Part shown: positions 16,130 to 25,984 of the stretch, piece after piece
How the letters are laid out: the number at the start of each line of letters is the position of its first letter
How positions within the stretch are numbered: position 1 is the stretch's first letter
Origin: a virus
Lineage: Duplodnaviria > Caudoviricetes
Direction: 5' to 3' (one strand)
Length of the DNA: 35,199 nt
IMG/VR virus record: IMGVR_UViG_3300036546_000143
Location: 1-35,199 of that record
Notes under the pieces: model-generated
Told to the model about the DNA's origin: nothing
The model's input: the letters and a program-made list of their open reading frames with translations, nothing else
Databases searched by the model: none
Program-made: the position numbers and the translations under genes

Positions 16130-19039
16130 TTAGACTTCGTGGCGGATGAACATGACCTCGATATCATCTTCTACCGCTAACGTGTTATCGGGTAAAGACA
16201 CTAGTCGTTTCTTAACCGACAGTCGTGCAGAATCGTCAATTACCGTTACAGCCTGGTAATCTTCAGACCCCCCTAGCCCTTTAACATCCACCGCTATGAC
16301 ATCGTCCCCAGAACTAGCGGTTAGCTTAGAGACAATGTCATTGATGGTCACTACTTTACGTTCCAGTGTTTGTGAGATGGTTTCAGTCGCCATCTGACTT
16401 AACACGTTACGTAACTCAATGTTCGCATACCCTGTACGGGTTAAATAGAATGTGACTGAGAAGGTTTGCTCAGCCCGTATAACCACTTCAGACCCTTCCT
16501 TGACAATAACTTTGATGTCACCCTGTGTGTCCTGTGGGTAAAAGAACATCTCAGTTTGTTCCAATAAGTTACTGGAGACACGTCGTAAGTCTTCTGTGAG
16601 CCATCCCACCAATACATTGGGTATAGTTTTCTTATACGTACTAGAAACAGACTCAGTAGCAAAGTAATAATTACCCTCCACCATCAGAAGGTCAGTCTGT
16701 CGAACCAGTTTACGTGGAGACGCAATTACAGGTTCACCTTCCGTATCCAGTATAACATCCCCTTTAAGGTGTGAATACACCTGATTGCCGTCAGGGTCTA
16801 AAATAGGGTCCCCTTCAGCATGTAAAAGGTTATAGACGACATTCCCTCCCGAATCCAATTCAATTTTTATCAGACCGGTTACAGGATCTCGTTCATAAAT
16901 GTTTTCTGAATACGTCGCAGGAACATCCGCTTCGTAACGCAGGTACTCGTAACTACCGACCACGGTACGGCTATTGGACCACAAAGTATCCAAATGCCAC
17001 CCAAACCGAATCCGGTACCGTTCATGACTGACCCCTATGGCCTCCCCAGGGATCAGAGAGTCATCCAGAACACGGTCAATGTCAGACGGTTTCATATCCG
17101 CTGTACTGTAGTCCGACACCCCTAAGACTAAGTCAAAGTCACCCAACAACGGTGTAGCCATCGGTTTTAACACCTGACCGAACATCTTGAAGTTAGTCAG
17201 ATACAGACCATTGTCTTTGTCGATATCAAAGTCCGTTTTTAAACTGAACTTGTATACCCGTTCACCATCGTCGCGTTTACCGACTAGTTCACCATTTAGG
17301 TAAGCACGAGACCCTTCATTCAGCGGTGTGAAATGTAATTGAGCAAAGACACGTGAGTCATCTAACTCTTTTACAATGACGCCTGTTTTTGTCACAACAA
17401 ACAAGTCAAACCCGTCAGCCGTCTTTTCGATACTGTAATCCCGTGTACCGATCTCCACTCCCACAGTGTCGTTTTCAGCAATGAATACTTTACCGTCGAC
17501 TTTAGGGTTCCCTAAATAATAGGGTCGTGAGTCAAACCCGTTATTAGTAGCATCAAAGACGTAATGGAAAGGTGAGTATAAGTACCGCGCTCGATTAACC
17601 TGATTGGCAACGACATCTATCGGTTGCCCCAAAAGAGTGTCCTTCTCGACATCACTCACTAACCGGACCAATCCCCCCAAATTTGAGTAGAGCGTTTCAG
17701 GTAACAAGGTAATGCGCTGACCATTGTCTTTAACCGTGGAAAGGTTAACCAGATCCTCTACTTTAAACGCGACCGTATTAATAGAACACGCTGCACCTGT
17801 AACGACACTGTTGTTATTCGGCTTAGGTAACCGCCGTGTGGCCAGGAAGATGCGGTTGGTTACCGTATCCACGTTTTTAACCACGTCATACCCCAGGTCA
17901 TTTAACAAGTTACCCACTTGAATATTGGTGATGGGGAGATTGCTGTTACCAAACGCATTATTCAGTACACGCTCACGCAGTTGCTCAAACGTCAGTGCTT
18001 TAGAACCCCCAGAGACGTGTGCATCGGAATAAATAGCCATCGTAGTGAACGCACCCAAAGGGGCACTGAATGTGGACGCACTGACATCCCCGTCTAAGTC
18101 TACCCAGCGCACACTGAAGCTTTCTGGTGCATAGCTACTAAGAATTAGGTCCAAGGGACCTTTTGTGGTGTAAACGTCAATGCGTAATTCACGGTTCATC
18201 AAACGGGTGGTCTGATACACCTGTGGGATCTTGACTTGTAACGTTCGATTGAAGACCTTCAAAACGGCCGTAGGTTTTAATGGATCAAAAACCTGTTCAG
18301 TGTGGGTGGTTAAAATCTCTTCCCAACTGCCGTCTGGTTTGGAGTAGTACACTCGACAGTAGTAAAAGTCGTCAGGGAGTTCATACGTTTTGGAAAAGAC
18401 GCTGGCAGGCGTCATGTGTCCATAATACGTATTGATTTTGAATTGAAGGACCGGGGTACCGATGCGGATAAAGTCCACTTTATTCAGTGTGACAATATCC
18501 CAGTCCACCACGTTGGAGGGCAAGACCTGTAAAGGTGAAGGCCGCTCAACGTCATACACGATCTGAAGTCCACCGTGTGACATAATGCGTATCTCAATCG
18601 GGTATTGCATCGTAAAACTGAAACCCGCCACAGTGAATTCAGTGTTGCGCGGAATTACCATCTTACGAATGTCACCAACACCCGTTTCCACCGCTTTAGC
18701 GTAAACCTCCTCTTTACTTAAAAGAAGATAGAAGGGGGCCGTCGTTGGGGTAGCAAAGCGGTTGACATGATCTTTATCCGACATATGTAGATAAAGGTCT
18801 TCTTCCGTCAATGCCATTACAGCGTACTGTTTACGGAGAGTCGCTTCGTCATTGAGCATACCCGCTGCAGCAAACGACGCGGCCGATTCCAAAAGGAAAA
18901 CAAACGGGTTACTGGAGTCAACCACCAAACGCTCGCCATTGGTAACTTCTTCTAGAAGGTCTAACGCTGCACGTTGAATCCCAGAAGGGTTAAAACGTAC
19001 CGCGTCTATCTTTTTGACTATGGGGTGTAAGTCAGACAT
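16130..19039 (-). CDS. Large virion structural protein, baseplate wedge-like (phiKZ gp87-like)
   Basis: 969 aa with DSSNPFVFLLE, IPRNTEF and VSGGSKALTFEQLRERV (baseplate J/gp6-like GG..E.LR.R). Gene order is phiKZ-like. Confidence 0.75.
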   Translation of the reverse strand: MSDLHPIVKKIDAVRFNPSGIQRAALDLLEEVTNGERLVVDSSNPFVFLLESAASFAAAGMLNDEATLRKQYAVMALTEEDLYLHMSDKDHVNRFATPTTAPFYLLLSKEEVYAKAVETGVGDIRKMVIPRNTEFTVAGFSFTMQYPIEIRIMSHGGLQIVYDVERPSPLQVLPSNVVDWDIVTLNKVDFIRIGTPVLQFKINTYYGHMTPASVFSKTYELPDDFYYCRVYYSKPDGSWEEILTTHTEQVFDPLKPTAVLKVFNRTLQVKIPQVYQTTRLMNRELRIDVYTTKGPLDLILSSYAPESFSVRWVDLDGDVSASTFSAPLGAFTTMAIYSDAHVSGGSKALTFEQLRERVLNNAFGNSNLPITNIQVGNLLNDLGYDVVKNVDTVTNRIFLATRRLPKPNNNSVVTGAACSINTVAFKVEDLVNLSTVKDNGQRITLLPETLYSNLGGLVRLVSDVEKDTLLGQPIDVVANQVNRARYLYSPFHYVFDATNNGFDSRPYYLGNPKVDGKVFIAENDTVGVEIGTRDYSIEKTADGFDLFVVTKTGVIVKELDDSRVFAQLHFTPLNEGSRAYLNGELVGKRDDGERVYKFSLKTDFDIDKDNGLYLTNFKMFGQVLKPMATPLLGDFDLVLGVSDYSTADMKPSDIDRVLDDSLIPGEAIGVSHERYRIRFGWHLDTLWSNSRTVVGSYEYLRYEADVPATYSENIYERDPVTGLIKIELDSGGNVVYNLLHAEGDPILDPDGNQVYSHLKGDVILDTEGEPVIASPRKLVRQTDLLMVEGNYYFATESVSSTYKKTIPNVLVGWLTEDLRRVSSNLLEQTEMFFYPQDTQGDIKVIVKEGSEVVIRAEQTFSVTFYLTRTGYANIELRNVLSQMATETISQTLERKVVTINDIVSKLTASSGDDVIAVDVKGLGGSEDYQAVTVIDDSARLSVKKRLVSLPDNTLAVEDDIEVMFIRHEV

Positions 19040-19074
19040 TTCGTTTTCCTAACACTTTAAAGGGTTAAGGTAGA

Positions 19075-20127
19075 TCATTTACCTAGGTATGTGTTGTATT
19101 CTTCCTGCCAGGCAGCGTAGCGCTCAGGGGGCACCCACCACTCTAATTCGAATGTTTCAGGGTTGATGCGAGGATACCCTTCACGGTTAAAGTAGTTTAA
19201 CTGATACGGCTCTAACCGGACGTAGCGTGCCTGTGAAGGGAATTGCATTTCTGTATGATTAAGACTAACCGTTGCGTTAAACTCTTCTATCAACACGGGG
19301 TCATTGTAGTCTGCCCCAATACACTTAAACGGGACAGAGATCTGGTCACTGTCACCATTAAAGACTTTATCGCTGGAAAAGTTAAACGCCGCACCGATTG
19401 AAGATGCAATAGGGAAGGCTGCTCCACAAGCGGCTATCTTCTGAACGAAACGGCGTGTGGGATCTAACACCAAACGGTAAATGCGCGTCTGGTAATCGAT
19501 ACGGTTGTCTTTTATAAACTCAGGGTATGGTAAAATCGTGCCGTCATACACGTTGGCCATGTAGTGTAACCACGTGTTAAACAACAATGTTATAGGGTCA
19601 CCTTCAATATTGCGAAAGCTCACTTGTATGTCAAAGGTCTCATGGAGTTTAGTGGTACCGTCCGCCATACTCCATGCTTCCCGATAAATACCAGGTTTAG
19701 AGGTATAGGTGTCCATGGCCAAATCAGGCCACCCTGACATTGAAAGAATGTTATTTGATAACAAGGGTATAAATGGGTTGAGGTTATCCACCAGCGGTGA
19801 ATCGGTCATCTCTAAACCATATTCCCCTATCGCCCCCTTTGGATCGAGGTACGCACGTATCGCACGTTGATACGTTTGCTTGTTATCTGTGAGTAAAGGG
19901 GTGAGTTTACGGACCTTAGCGATGTTATCGTATGACAAATTCAACAATGGGCGGGTAAAGAAAGTCAGCCCGTAACTGTCACGGTTCGCCGGTAGTGCAC
20001 TCCCTGTGCCTCGATGGTCAAAGCCGAGTAGGTTATTGGTCGCCGTGGTAGTGAGGTCACCTAGACCACTCAATCGCGACACTCTATCGACATCGTCTTT
20101 ATATGGACTATTTGCCGTTTTTGCCAT
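19075..20127 (-). CDS. Virion structural protein, tail-tube/baseplate-type fold (phiKZ gp88-like)
   Basis: GLTFFTRP.LNLSYDN, IDYQTRIYRLVLD, CGAAFP. Divergent from the gp89-like gene, as recalled for phiKZ. Confidence 0.7.
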   Translation of the reverse strand: MAKTANSPYKDDVDRVSRLSGLGDLTTTATNNLLGFDHRGTGSALPANRDSYGLTFFTRPLLNLSYDNIAKVRKLTPLLTDNKQTYQRAIRAYLDPKGAIGEYGLEMTDSPLVDNLNPFIPLLSNNILSMSGWPDLAMDTYTSKPGIYREAWSMADGTTKLHETFDIQVSFRNIEGDPITLLFNTWLHYMANVYDGTILPYPEFIKDNRIDYQTRIYRLVLDPTRRFVQKIAACGAAFPIASSIGAAFNFSSDKVFNGDSDQISVPFKCIGADYNDPVLIEEFNATVSLNHTEMQFPSQARYVRLEPYQLNYFNREGYPRINPETFELEWWVPPERYAAWQEEYNTYLGK

Positions 20128-20154
20128 TTTGTTTACCTTCTATCGAGGATTTTT

Positions 20155-21291
20155 ATGAGCATGTTAAAAGAAATCACTACCGGGATTGATATGGCCGGTA
20201 AGTTGGCAGACACTATGCGTGCTGCTAAATCGGACTCGCTGATTGAGTATACACAACCCGCCCGTGTGGAACCCATTGTGTTGATGGACCAGAAGGTCGT
20301 GGGTCTTCCTTATACTGGGGACGTGATGCAGTCTTTGACTTCACTCTTCAGCGGTTACTACCTTCAGGCGGTTGCGCTTTCAGTGAATGTGGGACGCGTT
20401 GACGTCATCAAACTGCTGGATAAATTGAACCCGAAACGTAGCCCTATGGATAACTTGGCAAACAGCCAATACGTTACTGATGGTGTGAGTAAGGTAGTGG
20501 GTAGTTTAGAATCCGCCCAAAGTTATGCGTTCAAGCTCCCGGTGCCCGGGGAAACTGTCTCCATTGAAGGTTTCAGTTTTGAAGCAGCGGAGGACGACGC
20601 CTCCAGCGGTCACATATCCGGTCAAGCTATGCGTTCTCAGCAACTCCTCCAGGAGATGACAAACCTGTCGGTGGGTAAACTTCTGGAAGTCGAAGTGGAG
20701 GACGGTGGTAAGCGTGCCGTGTTCCCCATTTCCGTACGTATGATCGTCAGCGGGATCGGTCCCAAGGAGTTGGTTCATACTTTAAGTCAGGGCAGTAAGA
20801 ATACTGGCATGAAAGAACGCTATCATCTGTGGCGTTCGGGTCAGCTTGAGTTTATGCGTGACCTCGTAATGTGTCAGGACTTGATCGAGAATCACAAGAA
20901 CACGCTCCTGAAAGACTCCTCAGGTATCTACGAAGAAATTCGTCGCCGTCGTCGTGGCAATAAACTTTCAGCAATCTTCTCAGCGCAGCCCTCTGTAGCT
21001 ACGGCTTCTAACATTGTGGTGATGTCAAAAGAAACCGCCAAGAACCTGGAACGTGAAATTGGTGGGCGTTTGAAGGACTTCCGTACACGTGAGAAGATCT
21101 TCAAAGAGACGTACACCATGATTATGGTTGTGATTGATCCGGATTGGGATCACGTAACCTTCTATCATCGCAGTATTGAGCTGCCGACTGAACTCTCTGT
21201 TAAAGAGCTTCAGGCGACCAACAAGAACAAAGGGCCCGATGTCGCTGAGATACTTAAAGCGTACCAGATGGGTAACTCACCGTCATTCTAA
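20155..21291 (+). CDS. Head/inner-body protein (phiKZ gp89-like)
   Basis: SL.EYTQPARVEPI, NLSVGKLLEV, internal SLE/SIE/SFE candidate cleavage motifs. Confidence 0.7.
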   Translation: MSMLKEITTGIDMAGKLADTMRAAKSDSLIEYTQPARVEPIVLMDQKVVGLPYTGDVMQSLTSLFSGYYLQAVALSVNVGRVDVIKLLDKLNPKRSPMDNLANSQYVTDGVSKVVGSLESAQSYAFKLPVPGETVSIEGFSFEAAEDDASSGHISGQAMRSQQLLQEMTNLSVGKLLEVEVEDGGKRAVFPISVRMIVSGIGPKELVHTLSQGSKNTGMKERYHLWRSGQLEFMRDLVMCQDLIENHKNTLLKDSSGIYEEIRRRRRGNKLSAIFSAQPSVATASNIVVMSKETAKNLEREIGGRLKDFRTREKIFKETYTMIMVVIDPDWDHVTFYHRSIELPTELSVKELQATNKNKGPDVAEILKAYQMGNSPSF

Positions 21292-21306
21292 AGGGGAACA
21301 TAACAA

Positions 21307-22206
21307 ATGAATCTGAAAAAGTTTATCACGTCCATTTTACCATCGTTTGAAAAAGGACGGTTGGTGGAAGACGTTGCTCTGATGAAGACAGAGTTGAACG
21401 AAACCGTGGTCCCCCCGTATGCAGAAGCAATGCTTCAGTATAACAACCGTAAACTTCGTGCCAAGTCCACCCAGAACTTTGACCGTGAGTTCCAGAGCGC
21501 TGTTAAGAATACCGTTCGTGGTGACTACATCGCTGTGTGTTACAAGGTATTCAAAGACATCAGTGAAAACTACGACGAACTGGAAACATTGGTTAACAAG
21601 AACTTCGGTCGTGATGTCAGTGCATCTGGCATGACCTACCTGAAAGGTAACCTGATCCAGTACATGGAAGTCCTTTCGTTTGCTATGCGTTTCTCCCGTC
21701 GTTTACTCTCCTGGACATTGGCGGAAGAACTGAAGGCGGTTGATACACAAACCAATTGGGGCGATCCCTTAACCAAGGCCGAGAAAGAGTGGTTCTGGAA
21801 TAACCGTCACACGTTCTACAAGTGTATGAAAGTGCTGTACACCGTTAAAGGCGACCTGGGTCGTAAGTTGTCTGTTGTACCAGACATGATCATCCAACCT
21901 GAAGAAGTGGAGTTGGTAACCGAGTCGGTGGGTCGCGATAAAATCGATCCCCTCCAGATGGGTATCATTCCGATTGCGTTGAACCCCATTTACCACATCC
22001 GTATGGCGGTGGCGGAATGGCAGGTATCTCGTCACAAAGCCGCCCAGGAAGAGAAGAAGGCGCTGGAATACCGTCTGTTAGCTCTCAAGGAAGCGAATGA
22101 GGGTAAACACGACGCTAAGCTCCAACAGGCTATCGAATACACTGAAGGACGCATTCAGAAGCTTAACCGTAAGCTGGCTGAGATGGAGGAGGACCTGAAT
22201 GGGTAA
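21307..22206 (+). CDS. Head/inner-body protein (phiKZ gp90-like)
   Basis: NPIYHIRMAVAEWQ plus C-terminal coiled coil, synteny. Confidence 0.7.
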   Translation: MNLKKFITSILPSFEKGRLVEDVALMKTELNETVVPPYAEAMLQYNNRKLRAKSTQNFDREFQSAVKNTVRGDYIAVCYKVFKDISENYDELETLVNKNFGRDVSASGMTYLKGNLIQYMEVLSFAMRFSRRLLSWTLAEELKAVDTQTNWGDPLTKAEKEWFWNNRHTFYKCMKVLYTVKGDLGRKLSVVPDMIIQPEEVELVTESVGRDKIDPLQMGIIPIALNPIYHIRMAVAEWQVSRHKAAQEEKKALEYRLLALKEANEGKHDAKLQQAIEYTEGRIQKLNRKLAEMEEDLNG

Positions 22207-22807
22207 CGGTGCTTTTACATCCAATGATGCGTTTTACCCCAGAGGCTTTGTGCGTCGCCTACATAACGTTCCTGAAAAGAACAAGTTGGATGGCGATGCC
22301 GAGGTAGATCGACTTGTTAAGCTTTATATGACAGGTCGTGTCAACCATCAGAGTTGGGGTTACCGTCGGGAAGTTCTGGAAGCAGCCGTTAGACTCTTCA
22401 AAAACTTCCCGTTCTTTTTAGAACAGCAACGTAATAATCCACATTTGTACGGGTATAACTATGAGTTTCTACTGGATACTCTCCGTTACATTGTGACAGG
22501 TCACCGAAAGCTCTCGATCCAGGCTTGGAAAGGGTTAATGTCCGAACACATGCCACCCACGAACGACTTTAAGAGTCGAAGTAAAGTGTTGGTGGACGGA
22601 AAAGTTTCAAGTTTGGTTAACGCCAGAACTGCAGACGTCATCTCAAAGTGGTGTTCGCATCCGGGTGGGTTTGAAGACCTTCTTCAAACACTGGTGATCA
22701 TGTTTGGTCGTGTATGGGAGCCGTTACACGAATACGTGACGCTCCACGCTGACTATTTTGATCACAACGGGGATCTAACTGATGCCCGTGGAACTGTTTA
22801 CAAATAA
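22199..22807 (+). CDS. Conserved hypothetical, probable virion protein
   Basis: 202 aa, overlaps the previous stop, GGAGGA RBS. Confidence 0.75.
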   Translation: MGNGAFTSNDAFYPRGFVRRLHNVPEKNKLDGDAEVDRLVKLYMTGRVNHQSWGYRREVLEAAVRLFKNFPFFLEQQRNNPHLYGYNYEFLLDTLRYIVTGHRKLSIQAWKGLMSEHMPPTNDFKSRSKVLVDGKVSSLVNARTADVISKWCSHPGGFEDLLQTLVIMFGRVWEPLHEYVTLHADYFDHNGDLTDARGTVYK

Positions 22808-22897
22808 GAAGGGTATTTTGTAGTATATTCTATGTACGTACATGTACTCATTCCAAAAACGAAAAACGTTTTGCTAACTAGTTAGGAGTTTTAACTC

Positions 22898-24169
22898 ATG
22901 AGTAAGTCCCTGAAAAACCTGTTCATCTCCATGGAAGAAGAAGGTAACGACGTCAACCAGACCACTCTGGAAGTGTCTGCAGACAACACAATGGAAGAAG
23001 AAGTGGCTGAAGTCACTGAAGCTGGCATCGAAGTGATCGAAGCTGAAGATGACGTTGAAGAACTGTACGAAATCGCTGAAGGTCTGGAAAGTATCGTAGC
23101 CTCTCTGGAATCTGCGATCGAAGATGGTGGGCTGGACACCCAGGCAGCTGTATTCATGCAGCACGCTGTAGACGGTTACACTACCCGTGTTGGTATGGAA
23201 GCGACTGCAATCGTACCGTCCCTGGAAAGCTTCGGTGGTGCCTCTGGTAAAGCGGCCGCCACCACTATCTCCCTGGAAGGTATCAAAGAAACCATCAAGA
23301 AGATTTGGCAGGCCATTAAGAACGCCATCGCCAAAGCAATCGCTGCCGTTAAAAACTTCTTCGCTAAAATCTTTGGTGGCGTCAAGAAGTTGAAAGAGCG
23401 ATCAAAGGCACTGCGTTCTGAAGTCAAGAAACTCGGTAATAAGAAAGTCAAAACCGATGCGAAGCTGAAAGTCCCAGGCGCTAATACTCTTCGCTTCAAC
23501 AAGAAAGTCGATGCAAAATCTATCGCAACCGGTATGGATAAACTGGTTCAGGCTTTGGAAAAGAAAGAATTGACTCAAAGTGCCATCACCTACTATGACC
23601 AGATCGCAACTGTTCTTGATAAGGGCGAAGAGCTGGCGAAAGATGGTGAAGAGAAATTCATGGCCGCACTAGCCAAGGGTAAAGAATCCATTGCCAGCAT
23701 GAAGTCTGTTATTAGTCTCGGTTTGATGTCGGGTGACGCTACTTTGGAAGTTGTCAAGACTTCTGAAGAAGGCATTGAAACTGTTGGTATCCCGACCCTC
23801 ACCAAGGGTAAAGGTGGCGACATCGAAGAGGGTAAAGAAGAGTCTGTACCTAAAGCTGATGAACTGGAAGCCATTTTGAGAGGCGTCGATAAAGTCATCA
23901 AGGCGATTGAATCGAAAGACGGTATTGTGAAGAACATTATCACTGCACGCGACCGCGCCATCAAAGCCGGTGATAAACTGGCGCAGAAAGCTGCTGATGG
24001 TAAAATTGACCGTTACATCAAAGGTGCCAAAGTTCAAGTGGCCATGCGCATGGCTGCACGCGATGCTGTCCGCCCTGTTACTCAGTTGTCCCAGCACGGT
24101 TTTTCTGTTGCACGTGCCGGTCTGGCGTATGTTGACCGCGCCATCAAACTGTACGAAGAAGATAAGTAA
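22898..24169 (+). CDS. Abundant internal head protein (phiKZ gp93-family-like)
   Basis: Acidic propeptide with SME/GLE/SLE sites, ISLEGIKETIKKIWQAIK motif, strong codon bias, AGGAG RBS, upstream TATG (22831). Confidence 0.8.
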   Translation: MSKSLKNLFISMEEEGNDVNQTTLEVSADNTMEEEVAEVTEAGIEVIEAEDDVEELYEIAEGLESIVASLESAIEDGGLDTQAAVFMQHAVDGYTTRVGMEATAIVPSLESFGGASGKAAATTISLEGIKETIKKIWQAIKNAIAKAIAAVKNFFAKIFGGVKKLKERSKALRSEVKKLGNKKVKTDAKLKVPGANTLRFNKKVDAKSIATGMDKLVQALEKKELTQSAITYYDQIATVLDKGEELAKDGEEKFMAALAKGKESIASMKSVISLGLMSGDATLEVVKTSEEGIETVGIPTLTKGKGGDIEEGKEESVPKADELEAILRGVDKVIKAIESKDGIVKNIITARDRAIKAGDKLAQKAADGKIDRYIKGAKVQVAMRMAARDAVRPVTQLSQHGFSVARAGLAYVDRAIKLYEEDK

Positions 24170-24190
24170 TTTTCAGATTCTCTTATCTTA

Positions 24191-24224
24191 ACTAGTGTGA
24201 GGGGGATTTCCCCCTCACACTAGT
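24191..24224 (+). terminator. Long perfect hairpin, probable terminator
   Basis: ACTAGTGTGAGGGGGA-TT-TCCCCCTCACACTAGT. Confidence 0.8.
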
Positions 24225-24226
24225 GT

Positions 24227-24261
24227 TATGTCGATTTAAAAAACTTTCAAGTATATATTAC
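24227..24261 (+). promoter_or_regulatory. phiKZ-type early promoter
   Basis: TATGTCGATTTAAAAAACTTTCAAGTATATATTAC, near-identical to 8621-8655. Confidence 0.8.
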
Positions 24262-24316
24262 AAATAGGAGTAAGAGCGTTCAACCACTATTTAAATATGA
24301 ATTTGGAGTAAACAAA

Positions 24317-24946
24317 ATGTCTATCAAAACGGAACTCTTCAAAAAAGTGTCTAATTTTTGTGAAGGAAGTGTTTACAATTTTAATGTGGTAAAACCCGAA
24401 TTAGAACATACAAAGGGGAAGAGTTTACTTAACTGGGTAGAAAAAAGTAAATTTTCAAGTCATCCCATGATATCTGAAATGGGTAAATTGGATATGGAAG
24501 GTGAAACGGTTGTCATTTATCACGATTGGTCATTTGATTTCTTTATCAATGGTGAGGGGGAAATCGCTGTCCACGTTAAATTATTTAATCCTGATTTTCA
24601 CAAATTCATCAAGATGGTTTTCACAAACGACAGGGTAATGAAGCATCTCGCTCGTTATTTAATTGTCCGAAAACAGCCATCAAAATTCTTTGAAATCATC
24701 CGTAACTATGAAAGTGGTGATGAAAAACGTTTGATGAAAAAGATTATGAAAATTTTCATAAAATTTGATAACTTGACAGAAGATGAACTAAAAGATTTAG
24801 AAACCAAAAAATTGATTAACATTATGGCTTCTGATGAGGCGGATTCGGCGATGGCATTACATTTCGATGAACAGTGTCGCCTCATTGAAGCGCTGGAGAG
24901 CCCTGAAGGTACCACTTTGGCTAAGGTGGTGGATAATGACAAGTGA
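24317..24946 (+). CDS. Early hypothetical protein
   Basis: 209 aa, GGAG RBS, AT-rich. Confidence 0.8.
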   Translation: MSIKTELFKKVSNFCEGSVYNFNVVKPELEHTKGKSLLNWVEKSKFSSHPMISEMGKLDMEGETVVIYHDWSFDFFINGEGEIAVHVKLFNPDFHKFIKMVFTNDRVMKHLARYLIVRKQPSKFFEIIRNYESGDEKRLMKKIMKIFIKFDNLTEDELKDLETKKLINIMASDEADSAMALHFDEQCRLIEALESPEGTTLAKVVDNDK

Positions 24947-25442
24947 AAACTTGATTAAGATTGACGGTGTTGAGTACCACATTCAACACATAAACAATGA
25001 GGAGGTTCGACTTGTCCCGGACTTTCTCATTATAACAGTTCCAGTAGAACTGGAGGAAATATACGTAAAAGAGTTGGGTCTCGAAGGTAAGAAAGTGATG
25101 ATTTATAAAGACCTTTTCTCTGATAGTTACCTGAAGGACGTGCTCAAAGAAGCTTTCATTGAAGGTAAAGACAATGAGGTCTTTACATACTGCCTGGTAC
25201 GACATGGTAGTAACTCACACGGTTTCGGGTTCTACCCGTTACCTTTGCTATTCAGTGACGAGTTTACACGCGCTATCGTTGCTGAAGAAAATGGTCGTTC
25301 GGCCCCGCCTGAGATCTGGGTTCGACGTAAACGAAAGATCATTATGCGTAGACTCGGGTTGGGTGAGGATGACTTTAACCCGGTAAGAAAGAAACATGTA
25401 CCTGGCGTGGGTTGGGTATCTGTCCGAAAGTTGTTCAATTGA
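24936..25442 (+). CDS. Early hypothetical protein
   Basis: ORF track gives 24834. ATG 24936 with a GGTGGA RBS and a short overlap is more plausible. Confidence 0.7.
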   Translation: MTSENLIKIDGVEYHIQHINNEEVRLVPDFLIITVPVELEEIYVKELGLEGKKVMIYKDLFSDSYLKDVLKEAFIEGKDNEVFTYCLVRHGSNSHGFGFYPLPLLFSDEFTRAIVAEENGRSAPPEIWVRRKRKIIMRRLGLGEDDFNPVRKKHVPGVGWVSVRKLFN

Positions 25443-25478
25443 TTAAATTTAAACGCCACGTTTCAAAGGAGAAACACA

Positions 25479-25868
25479 ATGGAAAACTTCAATTTCAATT
25501 ACGTTTACAATGGCGACAACACAAAAGAAATCCCGTTCGACCCTGAGTGGCGAAACGGGACTGGTTATTTCGACGGGTTGGTTGATGAACCTTTGGACCT
25601 GCAGCCCGGTGAATTTGGGCGCAGTTATTGTCCTGATAGTAAACGCAAAATGATCATACAGTCGGTGGGGAAATTTGGTAACATCGTAATCTTCCAACGG
25701 TACAATGGGGGTCAGAACGGAGTGCTGGTGTGTAACGCACCCCAGGTGATCCGCTCCATTCTACGTCTCGAAGGTGCTATCAAGGACGACACCGTGGGTC
25801 ACATTTTCAACCCGGTGAAGTCTTTGCGCCCGCACAACTTGATCAATAAGTTGTGGGGAATCAAATAA
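25479..25868 (+). CDS. Early hypothetical protein
   Basis: 129 aa, AAGGAG RBS. Confidence 0.8.
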   Translation: MENFNFNYVYNGDNTKEIPFDPEWRNGTGYFDGLVDEPLDLQPGEFGRSYCPDSKRKMIIQSVGKFGNIVIFQRYNGGQNGVLVCNAPQVIRSILRLEGAIKDDTVGHIFNPVKSLRPHNLINKLWGIK

Positions 25869-25918
25869 GCCCACCGTCAAGTCTCTGAAGCATCAAGCCA
25901 GAGCTGATGTGTGGATAA

Positions 25919-25954
25919 AAAAGAACCCCCTTCGATAGGGAGGTTCTTTTTTTT
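25919..25954 (+). terminator. Intrinsic terminator
   Basis: AAGAACC-CCC-TTCGATA-GGG-AGGTTCTT plus T-run. Confidence 0.8.
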
Positions 25955-25984
25955 TGGTATTTAATTACACCGAAGTTTTACACT

